In this document: positions 62,577 through 62,994 of the stretch, in pieces
How positions within the stretch are numbered: the stretch's first letter is position 1
Layout: every line of letters starts with the position of its first letter
IMG/VR virus record: IMGVR_UViG_3300048839_001305
Coordinates: 1-62,994 of that record
Length of the DNA: 62,994 bases
Source of the DNA: a virus
Taxonomy: Duplodnaviria; Caudoviricetes
Direction: 5' to 3' (one strand)
Notes under the pieces: model-generated
Told to the model about the DNA's origin: nothing
Seen by the model: only the letters and a program-made list of their open reading frames with translations
Database searches by the model: none
Position numbers and translations under genes: made by a program

Positions 62577-62873
62577 ATGGAGAACAATCTGTTGACGATG
62601 GGCGCGGGTATGCTGTTGTCGCTGGCCTTCGGCTACCTGCCCGGGCTGCGCGGCTGGTATGAGCGCCAGGACAGCCAGCGCAAGGCGCTGGTCATGCTGG
62701 CGGCGCTGGCGGCGACGGTCGTGGTCATTCTGGTCGGGTCGTGCTACCTGCGCTACGCCTGGATTACCTGTGACGAGGCCGGGTGGAAGCTCCTGGCGTC
62801 GATGTTCCTGTACGCGCTGCTGGCCAACCAGGGCACGTACCAGATCACCAGGCATTTCAAGCAGGCGGCTTAA
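62577..62873 (+). CDS. Putative holin (3 TM)
   Basis: AAGGAG SD; LLSLAFGYLPGLRGWY; ALLANQGTY; three TM segments. Confidence 0.7.
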   Translation: MENNLLTMGAGMLLSLAFGYLPGLRGWYERQDSQRKALVMLAALAATVVVILVGSCYLRYAWITCDEAGWKLLASMFLYALLANQGTYQITRHFKQAA

Positions 62874-62936
62874 CGCGCCCTGGGGTAGCGGGGTTCGGGT
62901 GAACGGACTGGGCGCGGAGTACTGGCACAACCCGGC

Positions 62937-62953
62937 GGGGGGGGGGGGGGGGG
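62937..62953 (+). repeat. G17 homopolymer
   Basis: Directly visible near the window end. Confidence 0.85.
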
Positions 62954-62994
62954 TGCCGGCCCGGCCGCCCCCGACCCGTCCCAATATAACAAAC

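Larger units (their letters stand above)
1..62994. mobile_element. Tailed dsDNA phage/prophage segment (siphovirus-like)
   Basis: Terminase, portal, capsid, MuF, tail tube, chaperone, tape measure and holin-like genes in co-oriented operons; no host housekeeping genes; ends not visible. Confidence 0.95.

Overview
The whole window looks like part of a high-GC tailed dsDNA phage or prophage (siphovirus-like: major tail protein, tail chaperone and 1335-aa tape measure, no sheath gene seen). Almost all genes are on the + strand. From 1 to about 34 kb there are many small early/accessory genes, including a MazG fusion, a Zn-finger/MutS domain I protein, ParB, a DndC-like PAPS reductase, two adenine methyltransferases, RusA, a GNAT, a Panacea/SocA-like protein and an RNA ligase. 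A divergent ParB-like plus methyltransferase-like pair is the only credible minus-strand unit. From 34 to 63 kb come terminase, a protease-scaffold-capsid polyprotein, head-tail genes, portal, a MuF-metallopeptidase fusion, the tail module, a beta-helix/PKD tail spike and a membrane/holin cassette. No integrase, replication genes, endolysin, tRNA or CRISPR array were recognised. A Chloroflexota (Anaerolineae-like) host is inferred from the CGGCCG excess and recalled protein families. The most interesting signals are: a membrane-anchored effector-associated (EAD-like) domain in the lysis cassette; a self-contained gene whose transcript ends are complementary; a recurrent TCTCAAC box at promoters; an orphan DndC-like gene in a cluster with beta-clamp motifs; and a probable +1 tail-chaperone frameshift. 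All family assignments come from motif recognition by eye, not from database searches.
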